Positions 40,093 to 51,171 of a stretch of DNA of 64,000 nucleotides are shown here, in pieces. The first letter of the stretch is position 1. The number at the start of each line of letters is the position of its first letter. A program made the translations under genes and the position numbers. Where the stretch lies: assembly GCA_963664875.1 (NCBI GenBank), contig OY761611.1, positions 3,136,001-3,200,000 on the forward strand. The letters run 5' to 3'. Source of the stretch: Candidatus Kapaibacterium sp. (GTDB lineage: Bacteria > Bacteroidota > Ignavibacteria > Kapaibacteriales > UBA2268). The notes under the pieces are model-generated. The model worked only from the letters and a program-made list of their open reading frames with translations, did no database searches and was not told the DNA's origin.

Positions 40093-40881
40093 TTAAAACG
40101 GAGGATACCAGATAATTCCAAATCTTGGTATAGAGAAAAATTCGGAAACGTCAGCTTTAAGAGGTACTTCTTTTGAACCGTCGTACTCTACTACTGTCAT
40201 ATCTTCATTAGCTAATTTGAAATCAACGCGCCATTCTGCAGATAAGGTCAACATTCCATAATCATTCATATTGAAGTTGACAAACAAACCCAAACCAAAA
40301 TTCATACCCATCTGATTATTAGTTTTAGGAACTCTGAGACCTGAAACTTCATCAAATACTGAGATATTACTTGAAAAATAAGTAAGCCCAGCAGTAGCAA
40401 AGAAATTTATTCTATTGCGCGGATTAGGTATCCAGTGTGAAGATAGATTATAAACAGTATATGTAAAAGGATCGATATTTACGTTTTCTTCCGCAATTTT
40501 TGTGTTTTTGGAGTAGGTGTAAGCTCCTTCTAAAAGCAGATAATCAGTAACTCCCCAAAGTACCCTTCCGCCGTAAGCTACTATACCATCGTAAGAGATT
40601 GATTTATTTATTATTTCGCCTTCAGTGTTTGTGATTGCCTGAGATTGCACTACTGTATTTGCACCAATCACCGGACCAAATCCAATAAATCTTTCAAAAG
40701 GATTGACCATTACTTCGCCTGTCTCTTCATCGATATATTCGCCGTCTTGAAGCTCTACTTCTTCTCCGTTTTCTTCATCGTAATCTTCTTCGTTTTGAGC
40801 ATACAAAGAAAGAGAGCCAAACACAAAAAACAAAGCTAAAACAAACAGATTGAAAAACTTTCTGGCATTATTAGTAGTCAT
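40093..40881 (-). CDS. Probable in-frame nested gene: outer-membrane beta-barrel protein (262 aa from M241)
   Basis: GAGGT SD 7 nt before an in-frame ATG; MTTNNARKFFNLFVLALFFVFGSLSLYA|Q is a complete Sec signal peptide. Confidence 0.6.
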   Translation of the reverse strand: MTTNNARKFFNLFVLALFFVFGSLSLYAQNEEDYDEENGEEVELQDGEYIDEETGEVMVNPFERFIGFGPVIGANTVVQSQAITNTEGEIINKSISYDGIVAYGGRVLWGVTDYLLLEGAYTYSKNTKIAEENVNIDPFTYTVYNLSSHWIPNPRNRINFFATAGLTYFSSNISVFDEVSGLRVPKTNNQMGMNFGLGLFVNFNMNDYGMLTLSAEWRVDFKLANEDMTVVEYDGSKEVPLKADVSEFFSIPRFGIIWYPPF

Positions 40882-41601
40882 ATTTATTACCTCTTCGGTT
40901 GATATTGATTTAATCTCGGCTATTTTTTCTGCAACATATCGCACTTTTTCCGGTTCATTTCTCTTACCACGGTATGGCACCGGTGTCATATACGGGGAGT
41001 CTGTTTCTATCATTATCCTATCAATTGGAGCCATACGAACCACTTCATCAAGAGTGGACTTTTTGAAAGTGATGTTACCTGTAAAAGAAACTAAAAAATT
41101 CAAATCCAATGCACGCTTTAGCACTTCAACATCAGACGAGAAACAGTGCAAAACTCCTCGGAGCGAGCCATCTTGCATATTTTTAATATTTTCTATTAGA
41201 TCTTCGTCTGACTCTCTATTGTGAACTATCACCGGCAAATCCAGCTCTTTTGCCAAAGCAAGCTGCTTTTGGAATACTTCTATTTGTTTGTCTCTTGGAT
41301 TAAAATCATAATAATAATCGAGACCAATTTCTCCGATAGCCTTCACTTTTGAGTCATCAGCAGCTGATCTTATAAAACTTTCAGTAGTTTTATCATATTT
41401 TTCTGCATCATGCGGATGTACACCCAGACCGCAGAAAATATTATCATAACTATGGCATAAATCTAATACGCTTTGGAAATTTTTTGGTTCAATACCGGGT
41501 ATAATTATTGCATCTAAACCGGAATCAAAAGCTCTTTTTATGACAGCATCTCTGTCGTCATTGAATGCCTCAGCATCTATATGTGCGTGTGTGTCTATCA
41601 T
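40093..41601 (-). CDS. tatD: TatD hydrolase fused in frame to signal peptide and outer-membrane beta-barrel
   Basis: DTHAH, GVHPH, GEIGLDY, HNR, HCF, ETDSPY; then FVLALFFVFGSLSLYA|Q, acidic linker, amphipathic strands. Confidence 0.88.
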   Translation of the reverse strand: MIDTHAHIDAEAFNDDRDAVIKRAFDSGLDAIIIPGIEPKNFQSVLDLCHSYDNIFCGLGVHPHDAEKYDKTTESFIRSAADDSKVKAIGEIGLDYYYDFNPRDKQIEVFQKQLALAKELDLPVIVHNRESDEDLIENIKNMQDGSLRGVLHCFSSDVEVLKRALDLNFLVSFTGNITFKKSTLDEVVRMAPIDRIMIETDSPYMTPVPYRGKRNEPEKVRYVAEKIAEIKSISTEEVINMTTNNARKFFNLFVLALFFVFGSLSLYAQNEEDYDEENGEEVELQDGEYIDEETGEVMVNPFERFIGFGPVIGANTVVQSQAITNTEGEIINKSISYDGIVAYGGRVLWGVTDYLLLEGAYTYSKNTKIAEENVNIDPFTYTVYNLSSHWIPNPRNRINFFATAGLTYFSSNISVFDEVSGLRVPKTNNQMGMNFGLGLFVNFNMNDYGMLTLSAEWRVDFKLANEDMTVVEYDGSKEVPLKADVSEFFSIPRFGIIWYPPF

Positions 41602-41701
41602 TATATCTATTACTTGCCAAACAAAACGTGAATAAAATCGACAAGCAAATATACGATATTTAGAGAAAAAATTGTTTCTGTAGGGAAAATATATGATTTT
41701 A

Positions 41702-42439
41702 TCAGATTGATTTGCTCATGATTCTTTTCACAGAATCAACGATAATGGAGTTAATAAGCGATTTGTCGGCATCAAGGCTGTGGCTGTGAATGCTGCAGTC
41801 ATGGAAGATATTTTTTTCTGCTAAAACATTGGATAATATTTGAGTAGAATCGGAAGAAACTGCATCTGTACCTGAAGAAATATAAATATGACGTCTGCTT
41901 TTAAGGAAAGTCATCCAATATGGATCATTTAAGTTAGGTAAAAAATGTATCGGTGAATTGAAGTAGCAGTTATCATCAAAATAGTTATCCGTCATTAGAG
42001 ACAAATCAAAAAAACCTGATACTGCAATCGTGCCTATAAAAATATCCGGACGTCTGAAAAAAGTATTGGCAGCATGGAAAGCACCCTTGCCTGCTCCACA
42101 AGTAATAATCGGGACAGGAGTGCCACAATCATTAAAAATAAAAGGTAACACTTCGGTAGTAATAAAAAGATTGTATTTGTGCAACAGTTCAGATTTTTGC
42201 TCAGGCGATTTATCACTTTCCCAAATCACACTGCAGGGATTGGCAATAGAGTAAACCTTGCATTTGCCCTTTCTGATGAAAGGCATAAGGCATTCTATTA
42301 GCCCGTCTTTTTCTGCTTGAAGCGGGCTGTTTTCCGATGAAGTAAACAGCATAATAGCTATACCGCATTTGCCGTAAACCGCAACTTCATTAGCACCTTC
42401 AAAATGCTGGCTTGTGATATTTACCAAAGTTCTTTTCAT
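41702..42439 (-). CDS. Esterase-family alpha/beta-hydrolase-fold protein, possibly inactive
   Basis: GAFHAANTFFRRPD..SGFFDL..YFNSP; nucleophile elbow reads GAGKG. Confidence 0.75.
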   Translation of the reverse strand: MKRTLVNITSQHFEGANEVAVYGKCGIAIMLFTSSENSPLQAEKDGLIECLMPFIRKGKCKVYSIANPCSVIWESDKSPEQKSELLHKYNLFITTEVLPFIFNDCGTPVPIITCGAGKGAFHAANTFFRRPDIFIGTIAVSGFFDLSLMTDNYFDDNCYFNSPIHFLPNLNDPYWMTFLKSRRHIYISSGTDAVSSDSTQILSNVLAEKNIFHDCSIHSHSLDADKSLINSIIVDSVKRIMSKSI

Positions 42440-42931
42440 AAGTACTCCAATATAGCTATCCTTGAGGATAAATTCAAAATAATTTGTATCAGATATGTTT
42501 TAGAACGAATAGCTGTAAAGCTTTCAGGCAAATAAATCTTCGTAGATTCAAAAGAAAACAGATAATCTTTGCAAGTCAATAGCAAAAAGTGATAGAAAAT
42601 TATAAAATATAGCATACTTAAGGGATCAACTAATAGACTATTATTTAAAAACAACAAAAAAAGAAGTATAAAAATAGGAAAATTCATTATAACATCGTCA
42701 AATGGTAAATTGTCTGTTATAGGCTCTGTTATTTAAGAAATACGAGCGAATGTCTTAAACAAAATAACATTGAAACGATTTATTGCAAGACTATATATAG
42801 TTCAAATATAACGAGATATAGTTATAGTATAATAGAAATACGGCTTAGCTGAAATTTTATAGTGTGTTAGCACAAAGTAAATATATATAATCTATATTTG
42901 TGTACTATATATTTTTCAAAAGGAGTTTATA

Positions 42932-45712
42932 ATGTTACACAAACATCTTATAGTCGCTATATGTTTGCTGTTATTAAGCATTTCACAAGCTTTCTCATCC
43001 GTAGAATTTAGAGAGCCATATTTAGAAATCCCCACATCTAATTCTATTTGGATTAATTGGAAAACGAATTTTGCCGGAGAAAGCAAAGTTGAATATGGCA
43101 CGTCTGAAACTGCACTAAATAACTCAGCAGTGCCTGTAGTAAATCAGTGGAGTGATGCAGGCTATGATAATAACTATTTTTATCATAGTGTACACTTGAC
43201 CGGCTTATCTGCAAGCACAACTTATTACTATAGAGTAACAACAGGCGATAAAACCTCTCCCATTTATTCTTTCAAAACTTTTCCTAAGCAGGGTGAGTCA
43301 GGTAGAGAAAGTGGTGTTATCAGGTTTGCAATAGTTGGAGATAACCAATTGAAAAACGAACCAAGATACGATTCCATAATGACAAAATTAAAACAGAAAA
43401 TTGAAACTAAATTTGGGAAACCATTTAATCAGCATCTTGACGCAATCCTTATGGTTGGCGATCAGGTTGATGTCGGTACTTTAGATCATTACGAATGGGT
43501 TCATTTCGATAAGACAAAGTATGTTTCGCCCTATGTAGGTACTTCAACAGTTCTTGGCAATCATGAGACTTATGGTACTCTGAAAACAAAGGCATATACA
43601 GACCATTTTCATTACGATGGTTTTGAGTATCAAGGTATAAAAAGCAATACAGAAGAGTATTACGCATATCAAATCGGAAATGCTTTAATAATCAATCTTT
43701 CTACTGAAGGCAACTCTGATTATAACAAAACTCAGTTAGCTTGGTTGCAGTCTGTTGTCGAAGCAGCAGATAATGATCCGACAGTTCAACATATTTTTTC
43801 ACTTGGACACAGACCGTATCAGGCAGAACAGTACATCGGAGATATTTCTAACTGGGTTAGATTTACTGCATTTCCTGTACTAAAAGCAAGTCCAAAAATG
43901 TTTATGCATATTGGTGCCCATCATCATCTTTACGCAAGAGGTCAGGACAAAGACGCACCTGTTTACAACATTATCTCCGGGGGTACTGCTTGGGATCAAT
44001 ATTGGGGTATGTCAAAAGAAGAAGATTACGATGATGTTCAAAAAACTATTTCAAGATGGGCTTATCAGATTGTTGAAATAAATGTAAAAGACCAAACAGT
44101 TGATGTAGAATGCTATTCTGTAGGTTACACTACTAAAATCAATGATTGGACTGATACCAAAACAAAATATGTTTGGGAAGATAATTTGCTGATAGATAAG
44201 TTTACAAGAAAATTTGCAAATATTGTGCCCCCTGCGAAACCGTCTATTACAACTATTGTCCAAGACTCAATCGAATTACCATTTACATTTTCGAGTTCTG
44301 AATACTTATCAGAAGCAGGAGAGCTTCATAACTCGACTCAATTCCAAGTATCTCAAGATTTACAGTTTTCAATTAAAGAGCTTGATTTGCTAAGAGATTT
44401 TGAGAATCTGTTTGGCATGGGAGAGCATCCATGGGAATCAAAAGACATAAACGCAGGAATTGATATCTTTAAATATGAAGTGCCACAAGGTTCGATTGGA
44501 AATGGTACACACTATATCCGCGTGAGGCATAGAGATAGAAACTTGACTTGGTCTGATTGGTCAGAACCGCTTTCTTTCAATGTTAAGAATAGTATTGTAA
44601 TCAATCCTGAACTTACTACAAATTCAAAATATTTTGAAATTGGAGATACTATTGTCGTTACCTACTCTGGATGTAGCGGCAATCTCAAAGATTGGATAGG
44701 TATATACAAATCAGGAGAAACTCCGGGAGAAGTCAATTCGACAGAATGGGCCTATCTTACAGGGCCTTCCGGTATCGCTAAATTTACTTTGAAAGAAAAC
44801 GGCAAATACTATATTACTTTGATGGAAAATGATGGGTATAACGAAATAGTTGACAGAATTGACATCACTGTAGGACAAAAAGCAATACTCGAAACAAGTA
44901 AATTTAGTTATAAAGAGCAGGAAAAACTTATTATTAACTTCAAAAACTGCCCTATAAATCAAAATGATTGGATTGGAATTTATCGTATCGGAAAAGAACC
45001 CGGCTCTGTCGCTTCTGACACATGGACTTACATCACTCAAGATTCCGGTTCCGCAGAGTTTGACGCATTACCAAAGGGATATTATTTCGCACAATACTTC
45101 CTTACGGACGGATACGAACCCGCAAGTGATAGAATTTATTTTTCAGTCGGTGACACTATCGCCAGCATTTCTACAAATAAACTTACATATAATCTTGGAG
45201 ACTTGATTTCTGTCAATTTTACTGATGGACCGGGTATTGCAAAAGATTACTTAGGAATGTATAAAAAAGGTGACGACCCCAATGTAAACCCTTTATTAAG
45301 TTATGTTTACGTTGAAGGTAAACCATCTGGCACTGCTGTATTTGAAGGTAATAATCTGCCAAAAGAAAAAGGAGATTACTTTGTTGTTTTCTTCACTAAC
45401 GATTCTTATAATGAGATTTCTAACAGAGCATATTTTACGGTCAAATCATCAGTCAGTGTGTTAGAGGAGAGTGATGATTTTGTAAAACTTTATCCGAATC
45501 CTTCTTCAAATGATGTTTCGTTTGTACAGTCAACTTACCCTATTGAAAAGATTGATATTTATGATAATATGGGAAGGCTGCTCTTTACTAAACAGGTAAA
45601 TAATGAGTCAAATAGCTCAGCAATTTTAAATCATAATTTGCCTGCCGGTGTTTACTATGTCAAAGTTTTCTCAAATAAAGTTTACACAGTAAAAATGGTT
45701 GTAAGCGAATAA
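42932..45712 (+). CDS. Secreted purple-acid-phosphatase-like metallophosphoesterase with T9SS CTD
   Basis: FN3-like N-domain, GDNQ, GDQV, GNHE, HHHLY; three DWIGIY-type Ig repeats; YPNP CTD. Confidence 0.88.
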   Translation: MLHKHLIVAICLLLLSISQAFSSVEFREPYLEIPTSNSIWINWKTNFAGESKVEYGTSETALNNSAVPVVNQWSDAGYDNNYFYHSVHLTGLSASTTYYYRVTTGDKTSPIYSFKTFPKQGESGRESGVIRFAIVGDNQLKNEPRYDSIMTKLKQKIETKFGKPFNQHLDAILMVGDQVDVGTLDHYEWVHFDKTKYVSPYVGTSTVLGNHETYGTLKTKAYTDHFHYDGFEYQGIKSNTEEYYAYQIGNALIINLSTEGNSDYNKTQLAWLQSVVEAADNDPTVQHIFSLGHRPYQAEQYIGDISNWVRFTAFPVLKASPKMFMHIGAHHHLYARGQDKDAPVYNIISGGTAWDQYWGMSKEEDYDDVQKTISRWAYQIVEINVKDQTVDVECYSVGYTTKINDWTDTKTKYVWEDNLLIDKFTRKFANIVPPAKPSITTIVQDSIELPFTFSSSEYLSEAGELHNSTQFQVSQDLQFSIKELDLLRDFENLFGMGEHPWESKDINAGIDIFKYEVPQGSIGNGTHYIRVRHRDRNLTWSDWSEPLSFNVKNSIVINPELTTNSKYFEIGDTIVVTYSGCSGNLKDWIGIYKSGETPGEVNSTEWAYLTGPSGIAKFTLKENGKYYITLMENDGYNEIVDRIDITVGQKAILETSKFSYKEQEKLIINFKNCPINQNDWIGIYRIGKEPGSVASDTWTYITQDSGSAEFDALPKGYYFAQYFLTDGYEPASDRIYFSVGDTIASISTNKLTYNLGDLISVNFTDGPGIAKDYLGMYKKGDDPNVNPLLSYVYVEGKPSGTAVFEGNNLPKEKGDYFVVFFTNDSYNEISNRAYFTVKSSVSVLEESDDFVKLYPNPSSNDVSFVQSTYPIEKIDIYDNMGRLLFTKQVNNESNSSAILNHNLPAGVYYVKVFSNKVYTVKMVVSE

Positions 45713-45745
45713 TCTATTAGATTAAGAGTTTTAATACAATAATTC

Positions 45746-45778
45746 AGTCCTGTATTTCACAATACGGGACTTTTTTTT
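45746..45778 (+). terminator. Intrinsic terminator
   Basis: AGTCCTGTATT-TCAC-AATACGGGACT followed by T-run. Confidence 0.85.
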
Positions 45779-45971
45779 CAAATTTGTTCAACCCACAAAA
45801 ATGAGTTGTTTCCTATTAGTTTTTTCAGTTGAGTTTTGAAGTATTATTTTTGAACTCGAACGTAACTGCTTTATACGCTTTCTATTGATGTAAATAGAAG
45901 TATATATATTGGCGAAAGTAGATTAAATTGTAATCATTGTGGAAAACTCTAACTTGCTTATTTTCAAAGAA

Positions 45972-46003
45972 TTTGGATTATTCTAATTATTTCCCTAAAT
46001 TTG
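45972..46003 (+). promoter_or_regulatory. tpl promoter
   Basis: TTTG-N20-TAAATTTG. Confidence 0.65.
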
Positions 46004-46106
46004 CCTGATATAGGAGAAATTATCGTTTGATATACAATTAAATGGATAGCTAACATAAACCCGAAACGCGGGTGTGTTACATTGATGAATTTTAAGAAGG
46101 ATTTAA

Positions 46107-47495
<1,389 letters not shown>

Positions 47496-47532
47496 TTTAA
47501 ACTGACTTATAAAAATTGATATTTATATCAAT

Positions 47533-47577
47533 AAAAAGCCCTGCATTCTTCTAGTAAGATTGCAGGGTGTTTTTTTA
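47533..47577 (+). terminator. Intrinsic terminator of tpl
   Basis: CCCTGCATTCTT...AAGATTGCAGGG followed by T-run. Confidence 0.75.
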
Positions 47578-47678
47578 TAAAAAGCATTGTACGGAGCAGC
47601 TCTGGTATATAGCTTTTTCATAGGGTATGCGTGTCGTAGAAAAAAGTAACTATTACCTTGCCAAAATAATATGGGGAA

Positions 47679-48071
47679 TTATGAATAAGCAAAAGGTAAA
47701 TTTTTAACTCCACTGAAAAGACCGTCTATCACTGAGACCAAATTGCGGAAGTTAAATGTTTTGCTAATATACAAATCTGCTCCGTACTGTTTAGCTTCAT
47801 CTATAAGCCAACTGTCATTCATCGCCGACAAAATGACTATCTTGATTTTTGTATTGGATGAGCGTATCTTTCTTAAAGCTCTTATCCCGTCCATCTCGGG
47901 CATATTCAAATCTAAAAGCAATAGGTCAGGATTGCATTTATCCACAAGCTCAATAACCTCTCTACCATTTGATGCAATAGTAATGTCATTACTTTTAAAA
48001 CTTGTACCTAAATATTTACTAAGCAGCTCCGCGGATAGTCTGTGGTCTTCTGCAATTAGTATTTTTTTCAT
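47679..48071 (-). CDS. Single-domain response regulator
   Basis: ILIAEDH, LLDLNMPEMDG, YISK; start at MKKILI. Confidence 0.9.
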   Translation of the reverse strand: MKKILIAEDHRLSAELLSKYLGTSFKSNDITIASNGREVIELVDKCNPDLLLLDLNMPEMDGIRALRKIRSSNTKIKIVILSAMNDSWLIDEAKQYGADLYISKTFNFRNLVSVIDGLFSGVKNLPFAYS

Positions 48072-48230
48072 TAGATTTACCTGTGCTTTGCTTATTAACT
48101 GATTTATATAATATACAATATGTTCAGACAATATAAAAATATTTGCTGAAAATTCAGTATAAGTTGCTATGTGCCAAATAAATACGTAATAGAAAAACGG
48201 TATTCATTATAAGATAAATAGGTAGGAGTG

Positions 48231-48246
48231 TAGGTGTTTTAACCTA
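48231..48246. promoter_or_regulatory. Palindromic operator between divergent response regulators
   Basis: TAGGT-GTTTTA-ACCTA. Confidence 0.4.
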
Positions 48247-48348
48247 TATCGATTAAAATAAGTAATTATATTTTGAAGTTAATTGTAATAGTAGTATATT
48301 GTATGTAGAAGAAAAAAAAACACAAAGTACTCTATGGGTCTATGAAGT

Positions 48349-48993
48349 ATGAAAATGAATCGTGTTTTTGTTGCAGATGATGAACCATTATTTTCATCAC
48401 TGCTACAACAGTTGGTTGCTGAAAATAAATACATGGAGCTTGCCGGTGCTGCAAAACTGGGGGCAGAAGTCCTTGCTTTTGTAAATAGCAGTAATACTGA
48501 TTTACTTGTGCTTGATATCAAAATGCCTGATTTCAATGGCGATGAAGTACTCGAAAAACTTATGCCCGAAAATCCTGAACTTAAAGTGATGATTCTTTCG
48601 GCAGAACTTGATCCGAAACTGATAAAAAAAACTATCAGTCTCGGTGCAAAAGGCTTCGTTAGCAAAAATGTAAATGTCGATGAGCTAATGCACGCGATGG
48701 AAAAAATCCTCGACGGCAAACAGCATTTATGTGCCGACGCAACGATGGCATTAGTGCAAAACAAAACACCAAACAAAAATATCTGCTACCTTGGACATGA
48801 GCTAACCAATAGGGAGCAAGATGTATTGGATCTGCTCTTAGAAGGGCTTACAACCTCCGAAATTGCAGATAAACTATGCCTAAGTCCCAGAACTGTCGAA
48901 ACTCACAGACGAAATATGCTTACAAAATTTGGTGCAAGAAACATCCCTCATCTTATAAAGATTATCATGGCAAAAAAGGAAGAACTACAGTAA
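48349..48993 (+). CDS. NarL/LuxR-family response regulator
   Basis: Receiver domain plus LTNREQDVL..EIADKLCLSPRTVETHRRN. Confidence 0.95.
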   Translation: MKMNRVFVADDEPLFSSLLQQLVAENKYMELAGAAKLGAEVLAFVNSSNTDLLVLDIKMPDFNGDEVLEKLMPENPELKVMILSAELDPKLIKKTISLGAKGFVSKNVNVDELMHAMEKILDGKQHLCADATMALVQNKTPNKNICYLGHELTNREQDVLDLLLEGLTTSEIADKLCLSPRTVETHRRNMLTKFGARNIPHLIKIIMAKKEELQ

Positions 48994-49352
48994 GTAATTT
49001 TTTCTTTAAATTAAAATATTTCAGAAAAGGGAAGCAAATTGTAAAACTTGTTTCCTTTTTATTTATCTATCACAATAATAAAAACATTCCGAAAAAATAA
49101 AATAGATTCTTCTCTCTATGGAGGGCTGCTTTTTGTAAGCTTACTATCATCCTTTGTCCCAAGGGACATCTCTTCAGAATATATTTTGCTATTAAGAACG
49201 CTCATAAAACCGGTAAATATATAAAAATACCTGCTCCCTTTAGAATCTAAAAAGGAGAAATCCTAAGCATGTTACGAAAAAAATGACTAACAATGCTAAA
49301 GGTTTAGCATTGCAATTATAGGAATTTTAGTAAATATCAAAACCCGGCAATC

Positions 49353-49622
49353 TTAAGAGTTTTCTATTTTTTTGGCAAATCTTGCTGATCTTACATTATA
49401 TACAGCAGCAAACACACCGCCAATTAAGATAAGCCCTGAACCGTAAATCTCAGCTAAAGTAAAATTGGCAAATATTACTTCCTGAAACAAAGACGGCTTC
49501 AAAAGATTTATCAAAATAAATCCTGAGAAAAGTAAGAGATAATATGTGAATAAAGAAAGTCCAAGTCTTCCTTTAAATCTTGCTATTTCACCTTTTTTGG
49601 CGATAGCTGTAATTGCATCCAT
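49353..49622 (-). CDS. DUF485 (YjcH-like) small membrane protein
   Basis: Two TM segments, RLGLSL...YNVRSARF pattern; start at MDAIT. Confidence 0.6.
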   Translation of the reverse strand: MDAITAIAKKGEIARFKGRLGLSLFTYYLLLFSGFILINLLKPSLFQEVIFANFTLAEIYGSGLILIGGVFAAVYNVRSARFAKKIENS

Positions 49623-49800
49623 GGCAACCACCCTCAAGTAATAAAATGACAATCAAAAGTGTAGAAAATTACGATAGCCACCTACTAAGTATTACACCTA
49701 ATTCACTTGAGCAAGTTAAAATATATTCAACAAAAATCCAAATAAAAATTTAGATTTTGTCAAATAATTTCAAAAATGTGGAAAAATTGAATATTGTGTT

Positions 49801-50712
49801 CTAATAACCTAAGGATTTGAGCATTCCTATTTTGTCTCGCCAGTCTTTACGAACTTTGACAAAAAGCTCTAAATATATAGGTAGTCCGAGATGTTCTTCG
49901 ATATCTGCCCTTGCTTTTTCGCCGATAGATTTGATTTTAGCACCTGATTTGCCAATTATGATTCTTTTCTGACTATCTCGTTCGACTATTATGTCAGCCG
50001 AAATATACCACTTGCCATTTTCTCTTTCTTTAAATTCTAAGATTTGCACTTCAGTTGAGTAAGGAACTTCGTCACCAAATCCGGTGAAAATGTGCTCTCT
50101 TATCATCTCAGAGACAAAGAATCTTTGTGGTTGAGTGCTTAACATTTCAGGGTCGTAATAAAAGCTGCCTAATGGGAGGTACTTTTTGGCAACTTCCAAA
50201 AATGTATCAATATTGCTGTTTTTTAGGGCAGAAAGAGGTATTATCTCTTGAAAGATTGCCATTTCACTAAAAGTAATTATCAGTGGGAGTACTTCCTTCC
50301 TGTCAGCTTTTTTATCTAACTTGTTTAGGATAAGTATTTTTGGTTTGGAGATGTTTTTAAGATTTTCCAGAAAAGTTTCATGGAAATATGTCTTTGGATC
50401 GCTGCACTTTTCCAAATCCAGCAAAACTGCAATAATATCAGCATCCCGCATAGATTCATCTACATATTCCATCATCGTTTTTTGCATTTCATATCGGGGT
50501 TTCAAAATTCCCGGTGTATCATGAAAAACAATCTGCATATCTTCATCTGTATATATGCCCAGTACTCTCTTTCTGGTAGTCTGAGGCTTCGGTGTTACGA
50601 TTGATAGCTTGGTGCCCATTAGAGCATTCATCAAGGTAGATTTGCCTGCGTTAGGTTTGCCGACAAGTGTAATATATCCGGATTTAGTAGTCAAATTATT
50701 TAGTTTCCTCAT
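49801..50712 (-). CDS. era: GTPase Era
   Basis: GKPNAGKS, PQTTR, DTPG, NKLD, KH domain IIGKSG. Confidence 0.98.
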   Translation of the reverse strand: MRKLNNLTTKSGYITLVGKPNAGKSTLMNALMGTKLSIVTPKPQTTRKRVLGIYTDEDMQIVFHDTPGILKPRYEMQKTMMEYVDESMRDADIIAVLLDLEKCSDPKTYFHETFLENLKNISKPKILILNKLDKKADRKEVLPLIITFSEMAIFQEIIPLSALKNSNIDTFLEVAKKYLPLGSFYYDPEMLSTQPQRFFVSEMIREHIFTGFGDEVPYSTEVQILEFKERENGKWYISADIIVERDSQKRIIIGKSGAKIKSIGEKARADIEEHLGLPIYLELFVKVRKDWRDKIGMLKSLGY

Positions 50713-50998
50713 TTACATCAGTAACTTGTTTAGATTTCTTGAGGATTGCGTAAGGAATAATTCCTAAATAGCCAATCACAAGTACAATAGGAGCAAGAGT
50801 TACAGCAAAGAAATTATTCCATTTGCCTGCTTCTACTGCCGGCTCTTCCGTTACTCCTGTGAACATAAGCAAATAGCCAAGTATAACGACACCAAATCCG
50901 ATACCAAGCCATTTAAAATTTTCTTTATCTAAAGGGAAATTCCATTTAGTCTCTTTTTTAGGCTTATTGCCTAAGATTGAAGCTGCATTTTTTGCCAT
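50696..50998 (-). CDS. DUF3098 membrane protein
   Basis: KENF..GYLLM..TLAPIVLVIGY..PYAIL. Confidence 0.8.
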   Translation of the reverse strand: MAKNAASILGNKPKKETKWNFPLDKENFKWLGIGFGVVILGYLLMFTGVTEEPAVEAGKWNNFFAVTLAPIVLVIGYLGIIPYAILKKSKQVTDVNEETK

Positions 50999-51171
50999 TA
51001 AATTCATTCCTTATATTATTTCAATATCGCAAAGATAAGGATTTACAAGCAAATAATCTAACCTTATCAAAAGGCCGATAGATTTTTAGGCATTTGTGTT
51101 TTATATTACTTATCTTTGTAAGTTACTATACAAGCAATTTTGCACTAAGTTCACTTTTTGAGGCATTTTAT

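Noticed and set aside
42436-42687. 83-aa hydrophobic ORF upstream of the esterase-like gene
   Set aside because: Very AT-rich low-complexity translation with no recognisable motif; probably spurious.
42714-42732. Pho-box-like CTGTTAT direct repeat upstream of the secreted phosphatase
   Set aside because: Period is 12 bp rather than 11, and it lies ~160 bp from the -7 promoter box.
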